DNA of 32,000 bases from Trichodesmium erythraeum IMS101 (GCF_000014265.1 NC_008312.1:3270001-3302000); one strand, 5' to 3'; counted from the first letter of the stretch, positions 17,714 to 28,304 are shown. Made by a program: numbers and translations. The notes: generated by a model not told the origin, from the sequence alone.

Positions 17714-20700
17714 TTGCATGATCGGGTACAACAAGCAGCTTATTTGTTAATTCCAGAAGAGCAAAAACAAGCAACTCATTTAAAAATAGGGCGATTATTG
17801 TTAGAAAATATCCCAAAAACTGAAAGACAAGATAGGATTTTTGATATTGTTAATCAGTTAAATTATGGGATGGATTTAATGAATAATTCTATTGAGCGAA
17901 AACAACTTGCTGGGTTAAATTTAATTGCTGGAAAGAAAGCTAAGGTTTCTGGTGCTTATAATACTACAATTAATTATTTCAATACAGGTCTAGAGTTGTT
18001 AACTGTTAATAGTTGGAAAACGAATTATGATTTAACATTATCCCTCTATGTAGAAGCCACAGAAGTGAGTTCTTTGATAGGTGAGTATGAGCAGATGGAC
18101 AAATTAGCTGAGGTTGTATGTCAACAAGCTAAAAGTTTATTGGAGAAAGTTCCAGTTTACATGAGTAAAATTAAATCTGAATTTGCTCAAAACCAAATGA
18201 TGAAAGGTATTGATCTAGCTATAGTAGTTATTAAAAATTTAGGATTAGAATTATCTCCTATATTGGAAGAAGCAGAGTTATCTGCTGCTATTGCAGAACT
18301 CCAGTCATTGATATTTCTGAGCGATCGCTCCACTGAAGACCTCAAACAACTTCCAGAAATGAAAAATCCTGAAAAGTTAGCTTTAATAGAACTTTTAGGG
18401 TTAATAGGAGCAGCAGCTTTTGTTGTGGGTTCCCCACTATGGTCGAGTATAGTTTTTGCTATGGTTACTTTATCTATGGAGTGGGGTAATACTCCTGTTT
18501 CTGCTTACGGTTATAGCTCTTACGGAATTTTCCTCTGGAGTAGAGGAGAAATTAAAGCAGCTTCTGAGTTTTCTGAGGTAACATATAGACTATTCGAGCG
18601 CTTCGGTGGAGATACTCTCAAAGGACTGACTGTCGCAAACCTCCATCTGCGCCATTGGAAAGAACATTTAGGAAAAACTTTGCCTTTATTTCTAGAATGT
18701 TATTCCCTAGCTTTGTCTAGAGGAGACTTGGAATTTGCTAGTTATAATATTTCTTTACACTCTTTTTATTCCTACTTTATTGGGTCAGAATTAACAGAGC
18801 TTTCTCTAAAGCTGAATAACGCTATTGATGCTGTTTTTCAAATGAAGCACAAAGTTCCTCTAACCTGGTTGCAAATGACTCAACAAACTATTCTGAACTT
18901 AAGCGATCGCTCTGAAAATACCTGTTTATTAATTGGTGAAGCTTTTGATGAGACAAAAATACAGCCTCAAGAAGATTTTGGACTGACATACTTACATTTT
19001 TATAAACTTTATTTATATTATCTGTTTGGCGACTACCAAGAATCTCTAAAATTTTGTCTAGCAGGACAAACATATCTGCATTTTAGTAGTTCTGACTATA
19101 GTCTCATACTTTTCTATTTTTATGGCTCTTTAATTCGACTTGCTTTGTACAATGAAGGTTCAGAAGAAGAACAACAACAGTGGTTAGAACAAGTGACCTC
19201 TTACCAGAAACAGATGAAAATTTGGGCGCACCATGCTCCTATGAACTTTTTACATAAATTTCATCTAGTAGAAGCAGAAAAACATCGGGTGCTTCATAAC
19301 TATGTTGAAGCAATTGAACTTTATGAACAAGCGATCGCTGGAGCTACAGAAAATAAATATATTCAAGAAGTTGCCCTAGCTAATGAACTTGCAGCTAAAT
19401 TTTACTTAGGGTGGAATAAAGAGACTATTGGCCAAGCATATTTAATCAAAGCTTACTACGCTTATGCTCAGTGGGGAGCTACTGCTAAACTTAAACATCT
19501 AGAAAAGTGCTACGGTGATCTACTTAAACCCCTACAGGAACAAAAACCTAATTTGACTTCTAGCTTAACTACTGAAACTATCATATATACAAGTAGTGAT
19601 ACCTCTTTAATTTTTGACTTCAAGAGTGTGATGAAAGCAACTCAGGCAATTTCAGGAGAAATTAAACTTGAGAATTTACTCTCGGTTTTGATGCGAGTTA
19701 CCCTAGAAAGTGCTGGAGCTAAAAAAGGTTATTTAATCTTACCCCAAGGGGAAAATTGGGTAATAGAAGCTGAGGCTATTCGTAATAGAAACCTTGAGGG
19801 AGAATTACAGCTAACAGCAAAACAGTCTATTTCTATTAACTCCACAAATAAGCTTTCTACTTCTGTTGTTTATTATGTGGCGCGTACTCAAGAAATTGTT
19901 GTACTTGATGATGCTACTAATGAAACTAAGTTTGCTGCTGATACTTATATTCAAAGGTATAAACCTAAGAGTATTTTATGTATTCCCATTATTAATCTTT
20001 CTCAATTTATTGGCATACTATATCTAGAAAATAATCTGACGGTAGGAGCTTTTACTAGGGATCGCCTAGAAGTATTAAAATTTCTCACTACTCAAGCAGC
20101 TTTATCCTTAGAAAATGCCAGGCTTTATGAAACCTTATCTATTGCTAAAAATCAACTTGAAGAATATAATCAGACCTTAGAGGAGCAGGTTAAAAAACGT
20201 ACTGAAGAATTAAATGAAAAAAATGTAGATTTATCTGAAACTATCAAAAAACTACAAAAGGCTCAAGGTCAATTAATTCAAACGGAAAAAATGTCTAGTT
20301 TAGGGCAGATGGTAGCGGGAATTGCTCACGAAATTAATAATCCAAACAATTTTATATATGGCAATGTTAATCACGCTATTGAATATAGCAAAAATTTACT
20401 TAATTTAATCAATCTTTATCAGGAAGAATATCCTCATCCGACAATTAAAATAGAAGAAATGACTGAAGATATAGATTTCTATTTTTTAAGAGAAGATTTA
20501 TACAAATTACTAGATTCTATTAAAGTAGGAGCTGAAAGAATTCAAAAAGTTGTGCTATCTCTACGGAATTTTTCGAGATTAGATGAATCAGATATGAAGC
20601 CAGTAAATATCCATGAAGGTATTGATAGTACTCTACTAATTTTACAAAATAAACTTAACTATAAAATTGGAAAATCAGAAATTAAAGTAGTCAAAAACTA

Positions 20701-21085
20701 TGGGCCTCTTCCATTAGTAAACTGTTACGCTTCTTACTTAAATCAAGTATTTATGAATATTTTAATTAATGGTATTGATGCTCTAGAAGAGGCGAGAAAA
20801 AATAATAGTGAATTAGAAGAGCCTATTATTATTATTAGTACAGAAATTACTCAAGACCAGACTGTAACAATTAAAATTTTTAACAACGGCCCTAGCATTA
20901 GTCTCGAAAATCAAAGGAAGATATTTGACCCATTTTTTACTACTAAACCAGTGGGTACTGGTACAGGTTTAGGTTTATCAATTAGTTATTCAATTGTTGT
21001 TGAAAAACATAAGGGTAAGCTAACTTGTAATTCTTCATTAGGGAAAGGAGTAGAATTTGTGATTGATATTCCATGTGACCTATAA
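17714..21085 (+). CDS. C-terminal segment of the same multi-kinase: helical/TPR-like region + GAF + HisKA + HATPase_c
   Basis: This segment is in the same frame as 15647..17659, and the family-typical FLHDRVQQAAY motif follows the TAG. It has a GAF-like region (GYLILPQGENWVIEAEA...ILCIPIINLSQFIGILYLEN), an H-box (VAGIAHEINNPNNF), an N-box (NQVFMNILINGIDAL) and a G2 box (GTGTGLGLSISYSIV). The ORF-track start is a TTG inside the conserved motif. Confidence 0.85.
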   Translation: MHDRVQQAAYLLIPEEQKQATHLKIGRLLLENIPKTERQDRIFDIVNQLNYGMDLMNNSIERKQLAGLNLIAGKKAKVSGAYNTTINYFNTGLELLTVNSWKTNYDLTLSLYVEATEVSSLIGEYEQMDKLAEVVCQQAKSLLEKVPVYMSKIKSEFAQNQMMKGIDLAIVVIKNLGLELSPILEEAELSAAIAELQSLIFLSDRSTEDLKQLPEMKNPEKLALIELLGLIGAAAFVVGSPLWSSIVFAMVTLSMEWGNTPVSAYGYSSYGIFLWSRGEIKAASEFSEVTYRLFERFGGDTLKGLTVANLHLRHWKEHLGKTLPLFLECYSLALSRGDLEFASYNISLHSFYSYFIGSELTELSLKLNNAIDAVFQMKHKVPLTWLQMTQQTILNLSDRSENTCLLIGEAFDETKIQPQEDFGLTYLHFYKLYLYYLFGDYQESLKFCLAGQTYLHFSSSDYSLILFYFYGSLIRLALYNEGSEEEQQQWLEQVTSYQKQMKIWAHHAPMNFLHKFHLVEAEKHRVLHNYVEAIELYEQAIAGATENKYIQEVALANELAAKFYLGWNKETIGQAYLIKAYYAYAQWGATAKLKHLEKCYGDLLKPLQEQKPNLTSSLTTETIIYTSSDTSLIFDFKSVMKATQAISGEIKLENLLSVLMRVTLESAGAKKGYLILPQGENWVIEAEAIRNRNLEGELQLTAKQSISINSTNKLSTSVVYYVARTQEIVVLDDATNETKFAADTYIQRYKPKSILCIPIINLSQFIGILYLENNLTVGAFTRDRLEVLKFLTTQAALSLENARLYETLSIAKNQLEEYNQTLEEQVKKRTEELNEKNVDLSETIKKLQKAQGQLIQTEKMSSLGQMVAGIAHEINNPNNFIYGNVNHAIEYSKNLLNLINLYQEEYPHPTIKIEEMTEDIDFYFLREDLYKLLDSIKVGAERIQKVVLSLRNFSRLDESDMKPVNIHEGIDSTLLILQNKLNYKIGKSEIKVVKNYGPLPLVNCYASYLNQVFMNILINGIDALEEARKNNSELEEPIIIISTEITQDQTVTIKIFNNGPSISLENQRKIFDPFFTTKPVGTGTGLGLSISYSIVVEKHKGKLTCNSSLGKGVEFVIDIPCDL

Positions 21086-21778
21086 AGAAGTTAAGCATTC
21101 AAGCATTGGCTATCAGCTATTACTTTTATTTGAGGTTCAAAGGTGTATTAATTGAGCCAGAATTAAATCTTAAATAAAAAAGTGGATTTCTTTGATATTA
21201 AATCTAACTGAAATATCAATTATTATCCAACTCTTTAGCCTAGCAAATTCAATTATTCTACAATTAAATTTATATATAGTTATTTAAGTTTTAATCGATA
21301 GGGATAGAGTAAGTAATGTAAGGCGATCGCATGAATATTTAATCAGGGGTTTACCCTTCTCTTTGCGACATCAAAAGAATATTACAAATAATTAGGGTAC
21401 AAAAGGAATATTTATTCAGATTTTCCCCTTGATTAAAAAAAGATATTTCAACCAACATAATGATATTTAAACTATCTATTCTGACTTATGAGTACTGTCT
21501 CCTAACTCAATAGTGATAACCTGAATTCAAAGAGTAAAAATTAATCTTCGATGGTCAACCATTAAGGGTTTAAAGGGCGTGTTGTAAATTTAAAAAAACG
21601 GTTTAATTTTGATTAAACAGCACTTTTGCTTTAATTATTTGTTTTTAGAGTAGTGAATCTAAATATTTAAAAACTTCTCAACTTTTTTAGGTCTTGAAAA
21701 AGTGTCTGGTATTACATCCAAAAACCTTCAGATAAGTTAGCATTTTGGGCAGAATAATTGCAGATGGCAGCAAGAGAC

Positions 21779-21808
21779 AAATATATCTGACTACCTCCTC
21801 TATAATTC
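21779..21808 (-). repeat. 30-nt conserved box, copy B (reverse complement of the box at 1012..1041)
   Basis: The plus strand reads aaatatatctgactacctcctctataattc, and its reverse complement matches 1012-1041 at 27/30 positions. Confidence 0.6.
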
Positions 21809-21817
21809 GGCCTTCAT

Positions 21818-21886
21818 CCCATCCCAGGAGGGATGGGTTGGGGGTACGTCTGCGCACTCAACGTTCAGAGATGGAGATGAGTCTCC
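21818..21886 (-). other. GC-rich island with two hairpins just downstream of the FAAL-ACP-TE stop codon, a possible 3' UTR structure or terminator
   Basis: One hairpin is cccatccc-agga-gggatggg (21818-21837, 8-bp stem). The other is ggaga-tgag-tctcc (21873-21886). No clear U-tract follows on the minus strand, so terminator function is unproven. Confidence 0.3.
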
Positions 21887-21906
21887 TACTCCTTAACAAG
21901 AGAACC

Positions 21907-24882
21907 CTAAATAGTTAATTTTGATGGCATATCAATATAAGTTTTGAGTCTGGAAGCTAAAACCTGAACATGGGGTTCAAGCATCATGGTAATATGATCC
22001 CCAGGAACAGTCTCAAGTTCTACAGAACGTTGAGAAAGTTGCTCCCAACCCAAAAAAGAATTCTTTTGCAGTTGGTTGCGAATAGTATCAGTCAAACCAA
22101 TGGCGCTATTCCAAGTACGAACATCACTACTACGGAAAAGAGCAATAGGAGTCGGATAAAGTTTCTCTGGGTGATAATGACCCATCGCATAAACACTAGC
22201 TTTTAAAACTTTGACAAAACTATGCACTTGTCTTTTAGCTGCCTGAGAAGAACGTACATGAAGCTTTTTCACTAGTTGCTCAGTTACATAATTTAATTGC
22301 TCATCAGGAGAGAAAACTTTCAGATCATTATAGGATATCTCTAAATTTTCCTTTAAAAAGTATTCAAATAACCTCACGACCTCACTCATATATTTAGTAT
22401 CATCCCAACCCGCAATTATAAAACTACTAAATAAAGGGGCAGGAATATCAAAAACAGCAAGTAAACCAATTTCATCTCCCTGTTTTTGTAACTGTTGGGA
22501 TATTTCAAAAGCTACTTGCCCACCAAAAGAATGACCACCCAAAAAATAAGGACCTGTGGGCTGAATCTTTTTTAATGCGTCAATATAGTCGGCAGCGATC
22601 GCCTCAACATTTGTTTGAGGTTCTGCTTGATCATCCATTCCCCGTGCTTGTAGTCCGTAAAATGGTTGGTCTTGACCGAGATGAAAGGCTAGAGAATGGA
22701 GATAAAACGCAGTTCCCACACCCCCAGGGATACAGAAAAAAGGAGGCTTAGAACCTTTTGCTTGAATTGCTATTACAGGAGTAGCAAAACCCGAACCTAA
22801 GTTTCCATCTGCAACTAACCCTATATCATAATTTGCAGAAGGTTGTGGGGAAAGCACTTCTTTTGCCAAATAATTAGCTAGAGCTTCAACTGTGGGATAT
22901 TCAAAAATTAGTGTTGCCGGAAAAGAAGTTCCTAAGCTATCTTGGAGAAGATCGCTCAACTCAACAACTGTCAGAGAATCTAATCCCATACTAGTTAAAG
23001 GTTGTTGCCAGTCTAATTGAGATTTATTTACCTGGAGAATATTTGAGATTAAAATCTGAAGATGAGATATTAGTAATTCTTGACGTTTTTCAAGTGTGGT
23101 AGCTAAGAGTGTTTTTCTATCTAAGAAAGCTTCTTTTTCCTTTTCCAACAGATCAAATTCTTGGTAAATACTACTGCCAACAACATCAAGACTTTGCTCT
23201 AAAAAACCTACTTTGCAAGCATGACGCTGAATCTTGTTGCTAGAAGTTTTAGGAATAGTTCCTGTTTTCAATAATAATATCCCATAAACTTGTAACTGAT
23301 GCTGTTGAGATACAGCTTGACGGATAGCGTTAACAACCTCATCTACATCCAGTTTATCTAAGTAACTTTCCTGAACTTCTTGAACAATGACCAACCTTTC
23401 CTCACTTTCCAACTCTACGGAAAATGCTGCACCACAACTAGGTCGTAAAGCTTGATGACTTCTGTCTACAGTTAACTCAATATCCTGGGGATAATGGTTA
23501 CTACCTCGGATAATAATTAAATCTTTGAGACGACCAGTGACAAATAATTCATCATTGAGCAAAAATCCTAAGTCACCAGTCCTGAGAAACGGACCCTCCT
23601 GTGTATCTTTTAAGTAATTTTGAAAAGTTTCTGCTGTTGCTTGGGGTCTACTCCAATAACCTTGAGCAACACTAGGACTAGAAACCCAAATCTCTCCCAC
23701 TTGGTCATCTGCACATTCAGTTAAAGTTTCCGGGTTAACAATGAGAATTTTTTCACCTGAACTAGCGCGACCACAACTAACAATTTTTTGGGTACTATCA
23801 TTCTCGTCAACTGTTACCAAAACCCGATTTTTAGTAAATTCAGCCTTGTCAACATTCAGAATAACTGGGGGTTCTGTTATTAAGCCTAAAGTAATACCGA
23901 CAACACTCTCTGCCATCCCATAGCCTGCAGTTAAAGCCTCTGGGCGAAAGCCATAGGGTTTAAAAGTCTTGATAAACCGCTCAAATGTCTCCGCACGAAT
24001 TGGTTCAGCACCGCTAAGAGCTAACTCCCAATTACTTAGGTCAAGCATTGCCCGTTCTTCAGGGGTTGTTTGAAAACAAACTAGGTCATAAGCAAAGTTA
24101 GGAGCTAGGCTTTGAGTAGCTTTGTAATGAGACATAGCCATTAGCCAACGGAAAGGTTTTTGCAGAAAATCCAATGGCGACATAATTTTAACAGGGAAAT
24201 TACCGTAGAGAGGTTGTAGAACTCCCACTAATAACCCTGTATTGTGACTAAAGGGTAACCAAGTCACTGTAATACTTTCAGGTGTAATATCAGATTGTTC
24301 ATAGCCCATAGCTAAATTGTGCAGAATATTTTTGTGGGTGATCATTACACCTTTAGGTTTTCCAGTTGAACCGGAAGTGTATTGAAGAAAAGCCAATGTA
24401 TCACCGTTGATATTAGGTTCTTGCCAATGGGACTCCAGATTTTGAGCAATAATATTATCGGTATCTAACAGCTGTATTGTTGCTAACATGGGATTTTCCG
24501 CAAAGCGACCTTTTAAGTAAGGTAATAGAGGTGTAGTGGTAAGAATCAACTTTGCTTGAGCATCTGCTGCAATTGCTTCTAATTTTGAGAGGGACTGATC
24601 AGGGCGTGGTGGATAGGTTGGTATAGCGATCGCCCCCCCATACAAACAGCCAAAAAATCCAGCCATCAATTTTAGTCCAGGGGGGTACAACAGCAAGACT
24701 CTTTCACCTTTAGCATTTAGGGACTGAAGATTTGCTGCTATGGCCTTAGCGTGTTGTTCTAATATTTGATAGGTAAGACTATCAGCTTCTGTTTCACCAT
24801 CTTTGAGAAAAGTATAGGTTTTTTGCTTAGGTTGATCTAGGGTTCTATGGTGTAGGAGGTCTATTAAAGTATCAAATTGCAT
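21907..24882 (-). CDS. Tri-domain fatty acyl-AMP ligase (FAAL) - acyl carrier protein - thioesterase
   Basis: The N-terminus is FAAL-type (LTYQILEQHAKAIAANL...LLLYPPGLKLMAGFFGCLYGGAIAIPTYPP). The AMP-binding core is LQYTSGSTGKPKGVMITHKNILHN. The phosphopantetheine attachment site is LTSMGLDSLTVVEL. The alpha/beta-hydrolase TE has GGHSFGG (GxSxG) and a C-terminal VPGDHITMM. Confidence 0.9.
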   Translation of the reverse strand: MQFDTLIDLLHHRTLDQPKQKTYTFLKDGETEADSLTYQILEQHAKAIAANLQSLNAKGERVLLLYPPGLKLMAGFFGCLYGGAIAIPTYPPRPDQSLSKLEAIAADAQAKLILTTTPLLPYLKGRFAENPMLATIQLLDTDNIIAQNLESHWQEPNINGDTLAFLQYTSGSTGKPKGVMITHKNILHNLAMGYEQSDITPESITVTWLPFSHNTGLLVGVLQPLYGNFPVKIMSPLDFLQKPFRWLMAMSHYKATQSLAPNFAYDLVCFQTTPEERAMLDLSNWELALSGAEPIRAETFERFIKTFKPYGFRPEALTAGYGMAESVVGITLGLITEPPVILNVDKAEFTKNRVLVTVDENDSTQKIVSCGRASSGEKILIVNPETLTECADDQVGEIWVSSPSVAQGYWSRPQATAETFQNYLKDTQEGPFLRTGDLGFLLNDELFVTGRLKDLIIIRGSNHYPQDIELTVDRSHQALRPSCGAAFSVELESEERLVIVQEVQESYLDKLDVDEVVNAIRQAVSQQHQLQVYGILLLKTGTIPKTSSNKIQRHACKVGFLEQSLDVVGSSIYQEFDLLEKEKEAFLDRKTLLATTLEKRQELLISHLQILISNILQVNKSQLDWQQPLTSMGLDSLTVVELSDLLQDSLGTSFPATLIFEYPTVEALANYLAKEVLSPQPSANYDIGLVADGNLGSGFATPVIAIQAKGSKPPFFCIPGGVGTAFYLHSLAFHLGQDQPFYGLQARGMDDQAEPQTNVEAIAADYIDALKKIQPTGPYFLGGHSFGGQVAFEISQQLQKQGDEIGLLAVFDIPAPLFSSFIIAGWDDTKYMSEVVRLFEYFLKENLEISYNDLKVFSPDEQLNYVTEQLVKKLHVRSSQAAKRQVHSFVKVLKASVYAMGHYHPEKLYPTPIALFRSSDVRTWNSAIGLTDTIRNQLQKNSFLGWEQLSQRSVELETVPGDHITMMLEPHVQVLASRLKTYIDMPSKLTI

Positions 24883-25677
24883 AATTAAAAAAAAAGCTAA
24901 ACATCTTGATATTAAAACTTCGGAGTTAATACCCCTACTATGTTTTTCTGCGCTGATAGTTTAACATAAATGTATATTTGTTTCAAGTGAAAAATAATCA
25001 TTCAAAAAATTGGAGTAACAGTATACGATATTTCCTGCCCCAGCTACAAACAATAAAACAATTGGCTTTAGTTTTTACTCTGTTAGCTGTTGAGGCACTG
25101 AAATATATATTTTTTGATCTATGCCAATTAGTCTTTTAGCAGCAATTATTATCTATAAATTTCCACTATACAGGACTCAAAAAAAAATAATTTTTTTGTA
25201 TTTATCCAAGGTATATTTGACCAAGTTTAGTGCAATATTACTTTGATTACTTTTGTACAAGGATTTCGTAATTTAATATAAAAATTTCTGAATAAAACAT
25301 AAATTAAATCACAAAAATTGAAGAATGCAATTATCTCAAAATTTAGTAATAATAGGTAAAATATTATTTAATTTATATTTTTATAATATCTTGATAATAA
25401 GTACAAAAAACCTTTGATCTTTAAACCTATTTTTCCTTGAGTATAATTGCCTTTCTTCCTACAAAATGTAAATATTCACCCATAAATAATATTTTTTATA
25501 ACTAAATATATTATTTATTTGTCCTCAACTTGCGGTCAAATAATTACCAGATAATAGGCTTGATAATTGCTTTGATCTACTTTTTTTAAAGGCTCATTGA
25601 TTTTCCTAGAGATTTATAGTTGGTGGAAATGTCTGAGACAAATGGTAATGAATATAAGTTGTTCACAATTAGGTAAC

Positions 25678-26571
25678 CTAATCAAATGCTATTGAATTAA
25701 TTTCAGGTAAAAATCCAGCATTTTTTACCCACTTAGCACATTCTGTTTCTAACTCTTCAGACATAATTATATCATATCTTTTGAGCTGTTCAGTAGTTAA
25801 TAAATTGTGCCAGCGACCATTTACTCCTTTATTAATAAAAGTATTAGGTTGAAAGACTCCTTTTTGCTGAAACTTTTGCCAATTTGACTTCATATATTCT
25901 AGAGAACTTTTTTCTAAGACCATCTCTTTTTTTGAACTATTGATATTTAGATTGAGAAATTCAGAAATTCTGTCAATTTCTTGAGATTTATCATAGATTA
26001 AATTATGATAGTGGACTAAAAGTACATTCGGTAAATTTCTTACCTGCCACCAACTTTTTATATGTTTCCAATAAGACCAATACTGATTTTTATCCTCTTT
26101 TGTTTCTACAAAATCATCCCAAAAAGCCGCAAAATCTTGTGGTAAATTTTCATGGAAATATTCAGGCAAGAAAGATTGATAATGATGATATAAAGATAAT
26201 CCCACATCTCTGCCATCTCTTACTAAATAAATATATTTCCATTCTGGGTAACATGGTAAAGCTTCAAACAATAGATGACTTTTTAAAATTCTGGGGCTAG
26301 ACAAACTTTCTATCCAAGATTTTTTATTTTCTGGGGGAGTAATAAAAATTTCTTCTACCCAGGGACTAAGATCATGGAGAGATTCAAAATCATCATGGCC
26401 ATTAACCATTAAATTAACTATTTGTTGAGTTAAAGTTGTGCCTGACTTATAACAGGAGGAGATGACAATATCAGTATTTCTAGGCTTAATTAAATCCCAG
26501 ATTGTTGAATTCTGTAGCTCGCTTTTTATTACTATCCGGTTTTTCGGTAATGATTGATAATTTGGCAGCAT
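25678..26571 (-). CDS. PAPS-dependent sulfotransferase (cytosolic SULT / Sulfotransfer_1-like)
   Basis: The 5'-PSB loop is SSCYKSGTTLTQQIV, the 3'-PB motif is YLVRDGRDVGLSLYHHY, and the C-terminal motif INKGVNGRWHNLLT is of the RKG..GDWKN.FT type. Confidence 0.85.
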   Translation of the reverse strand: MLPNYQSLPKNRIVIKSELQNSTIWDLIKPRNTDIVISSCYKSGTTLTQQIVNLMVNGHDDFESLHDLSPWVEEIFITPPENKKSWIESLSSPRILKSHLLFEALPCYPEWKYIYLVRDGRDVGLSLYHHYQSFLPEYFHENLPQDFAAFWDDFVETKEDKNQYWSYWKHIKSWWQVRNLPNVLLVHYHNLIYDKSQEIDRISEFLNLNINSSKKEMVLEKSSLEYMKSNWQKFQQKGVFQPNTFINKGVNGRWHNLLTTEQLKRYDIIMSEELETECAKWVKNAGFLPEINSIAFD

Positions 26572-26980
26572 AATAATTTTCTAAATTTTTCCCGTTTAGT
26601 TGCTTTATGATTTTTAGATTAATTATCTAAATAATTAGATTAGTTTAATGCTAAAAAAATCAAGATCGTCTTTTTCTGGGATATCAAAAAAGATTAGGAA
26701 TTACTCAATATTTTTGACCCTTTTACCATTATATAGCTAACTAGAAAGTAATGGCAAATTTTTACCTAGGGCTTGCTAATTCAATATAAAAGCACTAGCA
26801 CATAAAGGCTTTAGTGTTTTTTAATCGAAAAAACTACCTGGTTTCCGATCCCTGAAGCTAAAAAAGCTAGCATTTCGAGAACTCCTATGCCAGAAAAATC
26901 AAGAGACAAATAATATTCCACCGCTTCCTCTACCTACTTCCTTACTTCTTAAACAGACTTTTTTAGCAGACCCTAGCTAG

Positions 26981-28258
26981 TTATATAGTTCCTGTTAAAA
27001 CTGGTTTACCTGTTGATACTGCCTGTTCAATAATATCAGCAGCACGAGTGACTCCACCTGCTCGTTTAATTGCTTTCTGTAATCTCAAAGCATTTTGCTT
27101 ATATGACGGTTGTGTGAGCACCTGAGAAATAGCTGTTCGTAACCGAGGTACTGTTAAACGTTTCAGTGTTATCGCTACTCCAGCTCCAGCCCAAGCTATT
27201 CGTGCCGCTACTCCTGGTTGATCGTTAGCAATAGGAATAGCAACCATTGGTACTGCATTACTTAAACATTCTAGAGTTGTATTCATACCTGCATGAGTAA
27301 TAGTGAGAGTAGCTTTTTGCAGTATTTCTAATTGGGGTGCATATTCAACAACTAGAGGATTTCCTGCTAAGTTGGGTAGAGATTCTGGAGTGGCAGAACC
27401 TCCCAGAGAAATAACTAACTGAGCATCCAACCCCTCACAAGCTGCTGTAATTTGATAAAATACCTCAACCAAACGATTTTGTATAGTTCCCATAGAGGCA
27501 TAAATTAAAGGTTTACCTGTCAACTGTTCCCAAGGAAAGGAAACAGGTTCTCTAGTACCTGAATAATGATAAGGTCCTGTGAAATGAAAACACTTAGGTA
27601 AATTTTCTCTGGGAAATTCTAACTCAGCAGGTTGCTGACTAATTTGAGCCAGTAGAGAATAAGCATCATTGGGGTCAGAGTACAAAGGTAAATTCCATTG
27701 ACGACGATACTCAGCTACTACCTTGTTAATAGGTTTGCCTAAGATTTGATAGAAACTCCAAGTAGCTCTATTACGCAGTTTTGCCCACCAGGCGGGGTTA
27801 TATTTCCAGTTGCTTACAGGGTGGGGAACATTCTCATCTTGATTGAGTACCAGTGCACTACAAATAGTAATAAAGGGAATGTCTAGAAAATCCCCTATAG
27901 ATTCTCCTAATGAAGCCTGGTCGATTAACAAAGCATCTACACCAGCATTTTTGATGACTTGCGGAGCATCCCGAAGCAAAACATTTGTCCAGTCTTTTAA
28001 TAGTGTAATTGTATAGCGAAATGCAGCTAACCCGCTGAGTTTACTCAGGTGATTTAAAGCTTCTGCTGTGCTGCCCTTAGAATATTCTTCCGTGCCATAG
28101 GCAACAAATTCTAATCCTGCTGCTAGTGTCTTAGCTTCAGCGTCAAGTATCCCTATCGTCGTGACACGATGACCACGCCTTTTTAATTCTTGTCCTATGG
28201 GAAGCATTGGATTTAGGTGTCCTGTCAATGCCGGACAAATCAGACCAAAATGAGTCAT
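26981..28258 (-). CDS. GT1-family UDP-glycosyltransferase (MGT / CrtX-like)
   Basis: The N-terminus is ALTGHLNPMLPIGQELKRRGHRVT and the UDPGT signature region is THAGMNTTLECLSNAVPMVAIPIANDQPGVAARIAWAGAG. I prefer the ATG at 28258 (MTHFGLI...). The ORF-track start at 28324 would overlap the upstream GalU gene by 20 nt. Confidence 0.85.
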   Translation of the reverse strand: MTHFGLICPALTGHLNPMLPIGQELKRRGHRVTTIGILDAEAKTLAAGLEFVAYGTEEYSKGSTAEALNHLSKLSGLAAFRYTITLLKDWTNVLLRDAPQVIKNAGVDALLIDQASLGESIGDFLDIPFITICSALVLNQDENVPHPVSNWKYNPAWWAKLRNRATWSFYQILGKPINKVVAEYRRQWNLPLYSDPNDAYSLLAQISQQPAELEFPRENLPKCFHFTGPYHYSGTREPVSFPWEQLTGKPLIYASMGTIQNRLVEVFYQITAACEGLDAQLVISLGGSATPESLPNLAGNPLVVEYAPQLEILQKATLTITHAGMNTTLECLSNAVPMVAIPIANDQPGVAARIAWAGAGVAITLKRLTVPRLRTAISQVLTQPSYKQNALRLQKAIKRAGGVTRAADIIEQAVSTGKPVLTGTI

Positions 28259-28304
28259 AGTAAGTTTTTTCCTGGTTTTCTGATTTTCCCCTACAATCAT
28301 ACTA

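Noticed and set aside
15647-21085. Reading the kinase-AAA_16-TPR-like protein as an Avs/STAND antiviral defence gene
   Set aside because: The C-terminal GAF-HisKA-HATPase_c module and the N-terminal Hanks kinase match the widespread cyanobacterial multi-sensor multi-kinase signalling architecture. No nuclease, protease or other effector and no neighbouring defence genes are present.
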